Positions 50,634 through 62,937 of a stretch of DNA of 64,000 nucleotides are shown here, in pieces. Both the position numbers and the translations under genes were made by a program. Under the pieces are notes generated by a model. The model saw nothing but the letters and a program-made list of their open reading frames with translations, searched no databases and was not told the DNA's origin. The stretch is from Tubulanus polymorphus (lineage: Eukaryota; Animalia; Nemertea). Position 1 is the stretch's first letter; each line of letters opens with the position of its first letter. The stretch is from the NCBI RefSeq assembly GCF_964204645.1, contig NC_134031.1, positions 13,317,807 to 13,381,806 of the forward strand, given 5' to 3'.

Positions 50634-51925
50634 ATGGGGTTTCCAAAAGCTTTCCAATATAATTAATCATATAGATATTTAATTCCACCTATAGATTTTA
50701 ATAGTATTATAACATATAAAAATGTAGTTTTACCTTCATTAATTAATTTAGAAATTTATGTTACTGAAACAAAGTTTTTCATTTCTAGAATGGAAAACAT
50801 ATTTAATACATATGAAGTTACTTTTACTCGAGATGAATATAATATATATAAAATAAAATCTAATATGAAATATTGGCAGAATCAATTAAATTGTGCTGTT
50901 TATTGTGCAAAAACAGGGTGTGGTATAAGTTGGTTGATCACTTGAATAATTTATATAACAATTTGTCTTATTCAGATTTAAAATTCATTCATACAATATT
51001 TAGATTTCATGCGTACTTTCAAATTAGAATTATATTAAATGAATTAGAATGTCCTTTACCTGGATCGAAATATTTTAAAGAATTGGATAATAATATTAAT
51101 CTATCTAAGTTTTATAAAATATATAATGAATTTAATATAAATATTAATTCCGATTTTAGAGCGCATGGTAAATTGCAAGGTATTGGTGAAGAGTATGAAA
51201 TAAAAAGAATTGATTATATGCATAGAATTTCAGCTTATCATAATTAAAAAATCGATAATGATGATGGTTGGAATAATTTTATTATAGATAATGGTGAAGG
51301 TTTTACAAAACCTGGTATACAAAGAATAAATCAATCAATTAGAACTTATTTAATTTGTATTTTAGGCGCGCAAGTTGAAACAAGATCACCAATAGTTGGA
51401 AATGATAGTACTTCATTTGATGCGCAGAAACAATTCAAAGTATTATTTGAAGATTCTATTCATAATGATAAAAATAGATCGATTCCAGAAAACCTTGTAA
51501 GATATCAAAATTATTTAGATAAATCACATATTAGATTAAATTATTGTATAGGCCCTAATCTATTAATTATTTCTAATGATTTAGTATTAAAGATGGGAAA
51601 TATAATTGGTTATAATAATCTAATTAAAACTGCAACAATAAATAATTCATTTGGATTAAATGATATAAATAAAAAGATAATTACTACTCCAAAATTAATG
51701 GAAGGTGAAAAAAATAAAAAACATATTCAATCAACAGAAACTAAAACTAAGAATATTAAATTAAATAATGATTCAAAAATAAAAGATTACAATACTACAG
51801 AAAATATTAAAACTGATAATATTCAACATGAAATAATTAAACTAAATGATGATAATAAATCCCATGAAAATGCTAAGTTAGCTTTAACTTGTATAGGAAT
51901 TGTAATCGGAGGAATATAATATTTT
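50634..51925 (+). pseudogene. Conserved uncharacterised Polinton protein
   Basis: Homolog of about 25810-27183, disrupted. Confidence 0.6.
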
Positions 51926-51950
51926 AAATTTTAATTTTTTTATTATGTAA

Positions 51951-53309
51951 ATGGATGTAGAAGGTGTAGAAGATTATGAAATGGGAGAAATGGGAAATAA
52001 TAATGAAGGATATATTGATGATGATTATAATGATGCAGAAACTAATATTGATAATGATGATGAATCAGCATATAATTCTAATTTAACAGATAGTAGTTCT
52101 AAAACCATATCAACAGGTGAATTTGATAGAAGAACTAAATCGAAAATAAATCCTGAAAATGAAGATCCATATTTAGTAAGACAAGATTTAGATTATATAG
52201 ACCAAATGTATAAATTCAAACCTATATTTATTCTGGATATAATGTAAATGATAGAGGCGCTAGACTTTTAGTACAAGAATTAAAATATTTAGATGACGAA
52301 TATTATTATCATTTGAATGAAGAATATTATATTGATATCTCTTATAAAAATCAAAACAAAATATTAGCAGAATCAACTTTGGAAAAATTAGAACCAGATA
52401 GAATTAAAAAAATAAGTATTAATAATGAAATAGAAAATGTAACACAAGAAAAAATAAAACAAAATAGAAAAATATTTAAACAAAGAATTAATGAATTATT
52501 TGAAACAATCAATAATAATTTAGAACCAGAAACAACTTCTGGTAAACTTAAATCAAATAAAGTACCAATTGAAAAACTTTTACCAAATGGATTACTTGAT
52601 GCAACAGATCAAGAATTAGAAGATTTAGATATATTTTCTGATGAAGCAATTAGAGAAATTATTAGTATAAGAAATGAAGCTGATAAAATTGCACATAATA
52701 AAAGTATAAGATATTATTGAAGTTATTGAAGAAATTGAAATTAAAAAAAATGCATATTAAGAAAAAGAAATTGAAAAATTAGAATATAATATAGAATTTC
52801 AGAAAGAAGAGAGAGATATATTATCAAAAGAATATGGTAATAATTTTAAAAGGTTAAAAGATGTTTTTAAAAGATATCTAATAAAACCAAATTCTGAAAT
52901 ATCATTAAAAGATAGAATAAGATTATTATTTAAGTTTGAAGGAATCACAATTCTTTCAATTCTAACAGCTGTAACTATGGTATTCACAACAATAGGTTTA
53001 GCAATATCAAATGCTTTAAAATCTACACCTACTCCCAATAACCCGGATAAACCCCCAGATAATAATTCAATACAAGATAAAGTTAAGGATTGTTTAGAAA
53101 AATTAGCAAAATATTTATGGGAACTATCTAAAAAATCTGCTGCAGAATTACCCGGAGTTATTGCATCAATTGTTGGTTTTATATTGAAATCTGCTGGGAA
53201 TATTCTTAATTCTGCTGCTGAACATATTATTTTATTTTTAATTACAGTTGTAAGTGCAATTATTTTTGGGTTAGTGAATATGATATCAAACGATATCAAG
53301 AAAAAATAA
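51951..53309 (+). pseudogene. Large acidic/coiled-coil/TM protein, frameshifted
   Basis: Nearly identical to 27206-28564. Confidence 0.7.
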
Positions 53310-53359
53310 TAAAAAATAAACATAATCAAAAATAAATGATTAATTTTTTTGTTAAATAA

Positions 53360-54534
53360 ATGAGTGGGAGTTATATAAGTCCTTCTAAGATTTCTAGAAT
53401 ATCTAATGCTATTAAAGCAGAAAGATCACATCATATTATTACTCATAATCCTTCAAATATTAATCCCGATGAAACTTTATATGTTAGAATCCCTAGATTA
53501 ACAAAAAATACTTTTTATGTTCCAAATAGTATTTATTTATCAGCTGATATAAAAATAACCGGTAATAATAATAATTATGTTGTTGATAATGTTGGAAGAT
53601 ATTTGATTAAAAAATTAACTATAAAGATCGGCCCAGAAACAGTTTTCTCATTAGATGATTATAATTTATTTATGCATTATAAAGATTTATGGTTAACTAA
53701 AGAAAATAGAAATAATGACGTAGATAATTTGATTAAAAAGATTTATGGAAGCAAATATAAAATTCCATTAGACTTTGAATTGATAAATAATAATGCACCT
53801 TTATATAAATATGCAATTCAAAAAGATATTATATTTGAGATAACATTTGCTCCTGTAAATGAAATTGTATTATCTAACGTTGTTAAAGATATGGGTTATA
53901 AATTATCGAATATATGTTTAGAATATAATACAGTAACTAATGAAAATATTGCTAATACAATTCAAACACAATACAATCAAGGCTTTTCATTATTATATGA
54001 TTATATTGATAAATTTAAAACTGTAACTATTAATGCAAATAATGAAATAATTAATAAGAATATTAACTTCCCAAGAAGATCTATTAAAGGTATATTAATA
54101 TTTTTTACCATTGCAACATATTCTAATGGCGCAATAAAGGTAGATAATTATTATAATCCTGAAATAACAAAAGTAGAAATAACTATCGAAGGAATAGCAA
54201 ATAAAATATTTTGTCAAGCAATGAGAATGATTGATCAATGGCCAGAAATTAGAAAACATTTTATGAATTAAAAAGTAAAATCATCTGAAAATTTTAATTT
54301 TAATCAAATTGATTATTATGCCGGCAATAAATATGCATTATGGTTAGATTTTAGAACAACAGAGGATAATTCATTACATGGTTCTGGGAAAAAACTACAG
54401 AACACTAAAGATGGAATACAATTATTCATGAAAAAGAAAAAAGGAAGCTTAAATTTTAAAATGCACATTTATATTTTATACCTGACGCACAATTAAATAT
54501 TGTAAATTCACAATTAGATAGTATTCAATATTAG
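53360..54534 (+). pseudogene. Putative major capsid protein
   Basis: Homolog of 28615 with an in-frame deletion near 53715 and a stop at 54269-54271. Confidence 0.75.
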
Positions 54535-54564
54535 AAATATAAAGTTAAAATTAACGATATATAA

Positions 54565-56101
54565 ATGGTTGGTAAAAAAACTCCTAATACTAAAGAACAA
54601 TATTTAAGAAATTCATATTACAACCCTGAGAGTTCGGTTGCTTATTCTTCTACCAAAAATATATGGCGTCAAGTAAAACAAGATAAATTATATAAGATAA
54701 TCCCACAAAATTTAGTTAAATATAAAGATATAAATGATATATGTTAGAACAACCGACGTATACAACACATAAAAAAATTGTTAGAAAATATAAAACTCGT
54801 AAAACTATGGTAAGTTATGTAGATCAACAGTGGCAAGGAGATTTAATTGATATGAAAAATGTTAAGAAAGATAATGATGATTATTGGTGGATATTGAATA
54901 TAATTGATATTTTTAGTCGTTATGTATGGAGTTTCCCACTTTATAGAAAAGATGCTGTACAAACATCAAATGTTTTAAGAAAATTTCTTTCGGATGATAA
55001 ACTAAAACCAGAAAAAATACAATTTGCTGATGGAAAATAATTTGATAATCCACTTGTTCATGAACTCTTAGACAATCATAATATTAAATATTTTTCAACA
55101 AAATCGGATAAAAAAGCAGCAGTTGTTGAACGATTTAATACAACATTAAGAAGAAGAATGTGGAAATATTTTACAGCAAATAATACTTTTAAATGGATGA
55201 TGTTTTGATGTTTTACCAAAATTGATAGAAGGATATAATAATTCTTATCATTCTTCTATTGGAATGAAACCTATTGATGCTAGAAAACCTGAAAATGCTG
55301 AAATTGTTTGGAATAATTTATATGGAGCATTTCTCGTAGATGATTTTGGTGAACCTAAATTTAAAGTTGGTCAAAATGTTAGAATTTCTAAGTATAAAAA
55401 GATCACGATAGGTAGAACACAATATCCGTGTTGACGCGATGAGGAGAGAATCCCACAATGATAATAAAAAGTCCGAAAATGAAACTTCGAGATAATAGTT
55501 TATTTCAACGTTTCGACTATATCCTAATAGTCATCTTCAGGAATACTGAGATACTACAGAAATTATGAGATATATATACAATCCAGAGACAAAGAGACTA
55601 ATTCAAGTAATCAGAGATGATACAAACTAAAGGAAAATTAACGTAGAAACAGTTACACGCTAAAATAGATTAAAGGGAAGCAAACTACCCCGATTTCCTA
55701 TTGAAAAAAGCTCTACTTAAAGCTCGTACTACGCAGTTTTACTCTCGAAGTTTTATTTTCGGACTTTTTATTATCATTGTGGGATTCTCTCCTCGTATAA
55801 AAAGATATTTGATAAGGGATACGATCGAAATTTTACTAGAGAAATATATAAAATAAAAAAGGTAATAACAACAAAACCATATGTCTATAAATTAGAAGAT
55901 TTAAATGGTGAAGAAGTTGATGGGTATTTTTATGAAGAAGAATTGAGTTTAACTACTGAAAATCTAGAACAAGAATATGAAATTGAAAAAGTATTAAAAA
56001 CAAAAACTGTTAAAAGAAAAAAATATTCTTTAGTAAAATGGGTTGGATGGCCAGATAAATTCAATGAATGGATATTATCAAGTAAAATTGAAAATATATA
56101 A
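54565..56101 (+). pseudogene. rve integrase with chromodomain, disrupted and interrupted
   Basis: WQGDLIDM, IDIFSRY, VERFN, VKWVGW; insertion at 55404-55794. Confidence 0.88.
55404..55794 (-). mobile_element. Short Penelope-like insertion with inverted repeats
   Basis: 12-bp TSD GTATAAAAAGAT (55392-55403, 55795-55806); about 52-bp inverted repeats at 55441-55492 and 55743-55794; hammerhead-like core. Confidence 0.7.
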
Positions 56102-56709
56102 ATTAATAAGGAATTATTTATATTTGAGCCTCATAATATGTTAATTTCTGGTGTAACAAATTGTGGAAAAACTTATTTTATATTAAATTTATTAGAAACT
56201 GTTTATAAAAACTATTTTGATAATATAGTATTATTTTGTCCAACATATGATTTTAATCAAACTTATGATAGAAATATTACTAAAAATAATAAATTTATTA
56301 TATTAGATCCTATAACAGTAAAAGAAAAATTAGATAATTGTATTAAAATAGCAATTGATGTTTATAAAGGATCAAATACATTATTCATTATAGATGATTG
56401 CACAAATTTACATGATTCAAAATTTGAGAGAGTGAGTTATGTTATTTAGCTTTTTCTGGTAGACATTTTAGGATAACAACTTGGGTTTTAAATCAAAAAT
56501 ATAATTCAATCGTTAAAGATTTTAGAGAAAACATTCGATTTTTAGTTTTATTCTACAATAAAGATAGAAAATCGATGAAAAATGCGCTTGAGGAAAATGA
56601 TATTATTCCGCATGATTTACATAATGAATATATGGACAAATTGAAAAATAATAAAAGATCAAAATTACTATTTAGATTACAACACCCATTTAAATATGAA
56701 TTTATTTAA
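56102..56709 (+). pseudogene. A32/FtsK-like packaging ATPase
   Basis: GVTNCGKT, FIIDD; start mutated, frameshift near 56425. Confidence 0.88.
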
Positions 56710-56975
56710 ATTCAACTAGCTTGTTAATCTATTACATATTTAGTTAGATTCTAGTTGAATTCTATTTATTAGTAGTTGAAACAAAAAAATAAATAAAAAC
56801 AACAATATCTTAACTAGCTTGTTAATCTAGTATATTTTTAGTTACATTCTAGTTGAATTCTAGTTATTGGTAGTTGGAACAAAAATCAACTAGATTTAAC
56901 AAGAAATAAATAAAAACAATAATAATTCAACTAGTTTGTTAATCTAGTTGATTTTTAGTTACATTCTAGTTGCAA
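56708..56975. repeat. Intergenic array of palindromic CAACTAG/CTAGTTG repeats
   Basis: Three degenerate units of AACTAGCTTGTTAATCTA...ATTCTAGTTG. Confidence 0.65.
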
Positions 56976-57003
56976 CATCACAACTAATTTTTTTGTTATA
57001 TAA

Positions 57004-57609
57004 ATGGGAGGTGAAAAGAAAATCAAATCTAAAAATGGCCATGTTCCCATTGAAAAAACTTTAGATGATTTAGGAATAACAGAAACAAAATTAACTCCAG
57101 TTGATGGTGTTTTAAATAATGTTACAATAAATATTGATTATAAATATTCTCTTTATTGTAAACATCAATTAGAAATATTAATAGCATCTGGGAAATGTAA
57201 AAGTTTTATTAGTAAAAATTTAACTTATAATGAATCAGATACAATGAAATCAGATGAAATTATTAAATTATTTAAGATTTATGAAACTGCGAGAATAGCT
57301 AGAATTAATGACGCGATATCAGAAAATGTAGTAAAAGGTTATAGTAAATTATGTAATTATATGTTGCCAATTCAAGATGAAAAAAGATTATATTCCGATT
57401 TTAAAAATGATTATTTAGTTATGACTGAATTAAATAAGTGGATTGGATATTTATCATTTCAATTAGGTGGATTTATGACATTATTATCAACTGGAGTTAT
57501 AACATTTTCGAATATTGAAAGTAAAGATTTTTCTACAATAAATGAGCGAAGTGGAAGAAGTGAAGGAATTAACTGTGAAGAAAAACCTGAGAAGTCCGAA
57601 ACAAAGTGA
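57004..57609 (+). CDS. Conserved hypothetical Polinton protein
   Basis: Homolog of 33120. Confidence 0.65.
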   Translation: MGGEKKIKSKNGHVPIEKTLDDLGITETKLTPVDGVLNNVTINIDYKYSLYCKHQLEILIASGKCKSFISKNLTYNESDTMKSDEIIKLFKIYETARIARINDAISENVVKGYSKLCNYMLPIQDEKRLYSDFKNDYLVMTELNKWIGYLSFQLGGFMTLLSTGVITFSNIESKDFSTINERSGRSEGINCEEKPEKSETK

Positions 57610-57931
57610 ATGGTCTCGGCAATTAGGAATTAAATCACAAGAATATAAAAAAGCTAAAAAAGAAGGAATAAATAATGAAAATTTTAATAATAGTGAAAAT
57701 ATTGTTATTTCTACTCCTTCTAATAATAGAACATTTGATGAATGTCTATATTTAACAGTTGGATTTGTAATTGTATTCATTTTGATTGGGTGTAATTGGT
57801 ATAAGAAATCAAATAAAATTCATGATATTTATAATTCTGAAACAACTGCTATCAAAAATGAAAATACTTCTGAAATTCCAAAATTGACGATAAAAAAATG
57901 GACTAATATTTTAGAAAAAAGCAAAAAATAA
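57542..57931 (+). CDS. Small basic single-TM protein
   Basis: Homolog of 33715. Confidence 0.6.
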   Translation: MSEVEEVKELTVKKNLRSPKQSEWSRQLGIKSQEYKKAKKEGINNENFNNSENIVISTPSNNRTFDECLYLTVGFVIVFILIGCNWYKKSNKIHDIYNSETTAIKNENTSEIPKLTIKKWTNILEKSKK

Positions 57932-58054
57932 TTTCATTTTTAATCAATTAAATATCTCACTACTTTTGTCTATCTATGTGGAGCAATTAAATTGTCCAGA
58001 AGTCATTTCGGATTCTAGATATTCATTATTTTAATTGATTTATTTTTTTTAAGT

Positions 58055-58381
58055 TTAATCAACAATTTCTAAATCATGATGACCATCTTCATTTTTTCCA
58101 TGATAGATTATTTTAAATCCTTCTAAATCTTTTAATTCCTCTGTACTCAATGAAACCCATTTATCAGGTAAAAATACTTTAAATTCTCGTGATGTACTAA
58201 CATTGCAGTAGCTTAAATTAGCTGATATTTTATCTCCATATTTAGTTTTAACCTTTTCTAATTTCAATATTTTGTGTTCAATTTCTTTTGTAACATCGAC
58301 TAACTTTTTAATTTCAAATTGTTTTTTTGCTGGTTTAATTCTGTTATTTATTGTTGCTAAGAATGCTTTTCTATCTCCCAT
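58055..58381 (-). CDS. Small conserved Polinton protein, start codon inside the right TIR
   Basis: KYGDK...FLPDKW...YHGKNEDGHH; homolog at 18373-18714. Confidence 0.7.
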   Translation of the reverse strand: MGDRKAFLATINNRIKPAKKQFEIKKLVDVTKEIEHKILKLEKVKTKYGDKISANLSYCNVSTSREFKVFLPDKWVSLSTEELKDLEGFKIIYHGKNEDGHHDLEIVD

Positions 58382-58684
58382 ATATAAGGAAAAAAAATTA
58401 CTTGTGGTGATGACGGGTGTCTCGTATGTAATGAGTTATTTCACTCACACTTTACTCACACTTTTATGTTTAAAAATCTAATTTTAATCAACTCATTTAT
58501 TACTCGTTACTTTTATAATTAACATATAAATGATTTTAAAATATATGAAATTCATGTAAATAATGTTCATTTTGTATGAGTTTCGCTACTAATTCAGGTA
58601 AAAATTGCTATTATTTTCATGTTTTTCATTTTCATGAGCTTGTACTCTCGTACTCTGGTTTGAAAACGCCATCTTCTAATTACT
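58373..58684 (-). repeat. Right TIR of Polinton C
   Basis: Inverted match to the left TIR. Confidence 0.9.
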
Positions 58685-58690
58685 AATGTC

Positions 58691-59769
58691 CATTCAACAA
58701 GGCGCTTACAACCTTTAGACGCCCGTCATGTACATCCGCTCTCTATCTAGGTGTCAAACAAGATGTTATGAGGCTGTGCGATTTCAGGTTGCAACTGAAT
58801 CATGTCGTACCTCAGATTATTGAGCTAAATCCTTCTGAAGTTCTAATTTACCGGATACCTTCGATTCAAATGTCGTGCTCTAATTCTGAAAGACACCTGA
58901 CCGGTTGTAATTTTTGTATCATCAAGATCCCATGCCTTTGTCGTATTCACACACCATATCTGCAACTCAGACCTAGATTGAATTCCTGCAATTCAAAACC
59001 TAATGTCACACGCATTCATCCAGCCAATTTGGCGATCATCCAATCATTCTTTGATTCGACTATACATAAGTCTATCTCCGCAGCTACAAACTACACCCAG
59101 CCTATGCAGGTCATACCTCCCTCATTTTCGGTGTACAATCACTCTATGGATGCATTACTAGCAGATGATCACAAAAGTCACCTCAGTCTTCAGCGCGTGA
59201 CTACAGCCATTAAGAAGGATGCGAAAGTCTTTACTTCACTCTCGAACGCCATTGTGTCAGGCGAAGTACGAATCGCCCCGGACTGGTCGGATATGCACAC
59301 TTATCTATCAAGTGCAGCACTTTTGCTGTCCATTCTGTTAAGTATTGTTGTCATACTACAGCAGTCACGCATTCGAACTCTCGTTACGTCAGTTACTATG
59401 CTGAAAAACTTGAACGGCGTTCATGCCGCCGCACCTATGCCTACGCTTCATTATCGGCCAGCAATCCCCCAGTCATCGTCGTCACTAATTGATATCGATA
59501 CAATTCTCAAATATGGACTACATTCGCTCTGCGCCTTACTGCTACTTATAGGAATTTGTACAATAATCGTGTTCATGCATAGCAAGTTGCGTTACGCACC
59601 TCATTCAACGCTTGTCTTAGAACTTTCAAATTATTCCAGTTGCGTGCCAATTCCTTTAATCAGTTTCGAATTGTGCCCGTCATTTATCCACGTTCAAAAA
59701 TTGATGATATTAGCATATCGTATGGATGTATACCTAGACTCCATGCAATATGGCATATTTTTTCGATAA
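58691..59769 (+). pseudogene. env: Envelope glycoprotein, C-terminal part
   Basis: Cys-rich ectodomain and hydrophobic TM segments; continues env across the Polinton TSD. Confidence 0.72.
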
Positions 59770-60454
59770 CAAACACGCTTACGCGCAAAACTTGGACCGT
59801 GCCCGACTCATTCGTGCTGTCGCCTATTAAAGCGTATCAGGCACATCGTATTATAATGTCTCCAATAACATTTGCTTCTCACTTCGCCATAATCATTAAA
59901 TGTGCGACCCCGTCACCAGGTCACCGGCGACATTGTATAATAACGAATAACTGTGGTTTAACATTACAAAAACAATAGAAGATGTAAGTTGTATAGCATG
60001 GTATTACGTGGCTAGTTCGTAAATAGTTTTTTTGACATTTTTCTGTCATATGTAAATATGTATTGATAGCTGTACCTATGTATTATCGATTCTATCCATT
60101 ATAATGTATGTAAATGTTTTCCGACCACAATGTGGCGATTTTCGATTATTGTAATGATTTTTCAAACTATTGTAATCTTATGTTATACCTTTTATCGACA
60201 CAATTAGCGTTTTTCGCATGAATTGGCGATGTATTTAATCATGCCAACTTTTCATAGTTTCATTTAACGGTAATCTCACAGATCTATCGTCTTAAATAGC
60301 CACTACTAAGCTGGCTTCGGTATCAATCGACCTACGTATTTGCTAGGTATTATATGGGATCTTTTTCATTGGTTCACGAACTTTCGATTGAACTATAGAG
60401 TCATTTCATTTCAACTTTCGGGGACGAATGCTTGTTGGACGTAGTAGGGGAGGA

Positions 60455-61292
60455 TATACCAATACAAACTTGCTACACGTTTCTTCTACTAAAAGCGCCA
60501 CATATTGGGCATCATTTTCATCAGTAAAAGATGAACAATCGATATTTCATATTTCATATTCATTTTCATGAATTCTTATTTTTGTAGTTTACATATTCCA
60601 TTTATTTTGTAACATATCTATTTCTTTATTAAGTATGGCTGACACCATTGTTTTGATGAGCAGACATAAAGTCTGGCCAAGTATTGTTTAAATCTCAGAA
60701 TAGCTACTGAGCCAGAACAGCTAATTAGAACAAATTCACTAATTACTGGCATGTTTGGTTTGAACCTAGTAACAGGCAAACTCGGTGTTGAGAACAATGC
60801 CTGAACAATCAAAATGTTAATCCGTTGCCTGGTCCAAGGAGGCGGAGCCAAAACCATGGAGGTCCAGTACAGGCCATACTAGGACACTCTGGTTTTGGAC
60901 TCCGACAAATAAACATCATAATCAAATAATATACAATGTATTTGTCTATCTTCTTGGATATTACAGGTAAGCCAATATATACTTTTACTTTTTTATCAAA
61001 CCTAGCAGTTTTAGTAAATGATTAATTTCATTCGATTTTTGGCCATTCATATCTTTATATGAATACGTATTTGTAACTATAATAATGTGTTGTATTTTTA
61101 AAATGCTTGGAATAATTTTATAATCATGTAGACTCTGGTTTTGGACTCCGACAAATAAACATCATAATCAAATAATATACAATATATATATATTCGTCTA
61201 TCTTCTTGGATATTACAGGTTTTTCAGGTTGTTCGCTCTCACCACGCTAGTAACCCCCACAAAAAGATATCGCACAGTTTTGTCACGTTATA
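60455..61292 (+). repeat. 3' LTR of Gypsy 2
   Basis: Preceded by PPT GTAGTAGGGGAGGA; followed by TSD ATAG. Confidence 0.9.
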
Positions 61293-62003
61293 ATAGGGTA
61301 CTCCCTCACATTAGAGTCACAGAATTGTACAAAGTGACGAAGGACCGCCAATCTCATATCCAGTTTACATCAACCATGTTGCGAAAAGAGGTAAAGTCAT
61401 TAGGTGGGAAAACTGGGCCAGTTAGGTTTGGAGAAAAACCCTTTCAGCGACGCGCATACCGAAGGAAAATGTCTCTAATGATTTATGGAGAGAAATCAAT
61501 TACTACATTTTTTTTCGATTTCAATGCATTGTACTTAGATTCTTTATTTGATTGTTTATAACTAACTAGTATTGTAGACTTTGAAGATGAAGATGTCCGT
61601 GAACAAGAAAATTACTGGGAACAAGATGACCGGAAACAACAAGATGACCGTGAACAGGAAGATTAGATAGAACAACTGGATGAACAAAACAATGTGGTAC
61701 AGCAAGATAACAATTTAGAAGAACAAAACGATTTATTACAAGATTATATGGAAGAACAAAATCATTTGGTACAGCAAGATGATTGTTGACTTATCCAAAG
61801 GTAAATGTACAAAATAGAATGTACTACATACGTAAGTGAACTTACAGAAGGAAATATTGTAACTTTATTTTCGTTTTTTTGGAAATTGTAGACCTTATCA
61901 AGGAAATCGTAAATGCGATGAAAACAAGATCGACAAAGGTTCGACTTTTTTTAAATATTTCATATGAATCATGTAAACAAAACAAAACAAAAAAATTTTT
62001 TCG

Positions 62004-62937
62004 CGGGTCCTGCTAAAGTATAAAATGTAATACGAAACGAAAATTTTGTAATTTTTTGCGTTATAGCAGCGGATTCGTGGAGCTGGCTTAAACATGCGCA
62101 CCCAGTCTAGTGCGGCAGGGTTCCGTGCCGCGACTGAGTTTAGCGATGCCATCAGGGAGAATGATCTGCGCATGCTCGTATACAATTGAAGGTAGCGATT
62201 AATAAATTACGGGTTAGAGAACGAAGTGTGCCTTAAAATATATCCTGCAGTGTTTAGGCTAAAAAATTGATACCTCGTTTCTCCTCTGCTGAGGAGCTTA
62301 AAAGTTGACCCGACCGGCCGCTAATCTACCCTGTACATTAAAACTTTCGTTATAAAACGCCAATGATGTTTTCCCCGTCTGTTATGTTAATAATTGATAC
62401 ATGTGGTCAGCAGTATCGCACTGTATCATTTATTTTCCATTATCAAAATGAAATAAACTAAGACCTTTACCCTGTCTGGATTTTGCAAGGGATGCGGATT
62501 CGAAAAGAAAATTCACGGCCGGAATTTTTTTCAAATTGCTCGTCACTACGCTGTTAAGCGGTAAAAAGACCGTTATGTTGTCCATGTGTAGGGCCTATCA
62601 TTTTACTATGCTTTACCGCGTCTGAGTTCGTGGAAATGGCGCAGCGTATTCATTATTTGTTTTTGAGAACATCCTACAAGTTTCTACTAATTGTAGACGT
62701 TCTTAAAACCCTCCAGTTTAAGAAAATAAATTCTTGAATATGGTACTTTCAAAAGATCATTTACATGCACCGCCGAGATTTTTACAGTCCCGTAGCGTTA
62801 TAACGAGCTTTGACCAAAGTATGGGCGTGTGTTTGGAATTTGACCATTTCGTTTCGTATTTCGGTTCGTATTTTAGCACTACTGGCAAAAAAATTTCCAT
62901 TTCTTAATTTCGTAGTTTCGTACTTTAGCAGGACCCG
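62004..62937. mobile_element. MITE-like non-autonomous element
   Basis: 17-bp TIR CGGGTCCTGCTAAAGTA with subterminal ACGAAA/TTTCGT repeats; no clear TSD. Confidence 0.55.

Larger units (their letters stand above)
41385..58684 (+). mobile_element. Polinton/Maverick element C (complete, 17.3 kb, decayed)
   Basis: AGTAATTAGAAG...CTTCTAATTACT termini; perfect 6-bp TSD AATGTC (41379-41384, 58685-58690); about 310-bp TIRs. Confidence 0.96.
36623..61292 (+). mobile_element. Env-bearing Ty3/Gypsy element 2 with both LTRs, internally deleted and interrupted by Polinton C
   Basis: LTRs 36623-37357 and 60455-61292; 4-bp TSD ATAG; PBS-like TGGTGTGAGAA at 37359; PPT 60441-60454; gag, pro, partial RT, env. 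Confidence 0.9.

Noticed and set aside
61297-61800. Acidic, repeat-rich coding-like stretch ending in a possible splice donor
   Set aside because: Interrupted by stops and no recognisable domain; cannot assign as a host exon.
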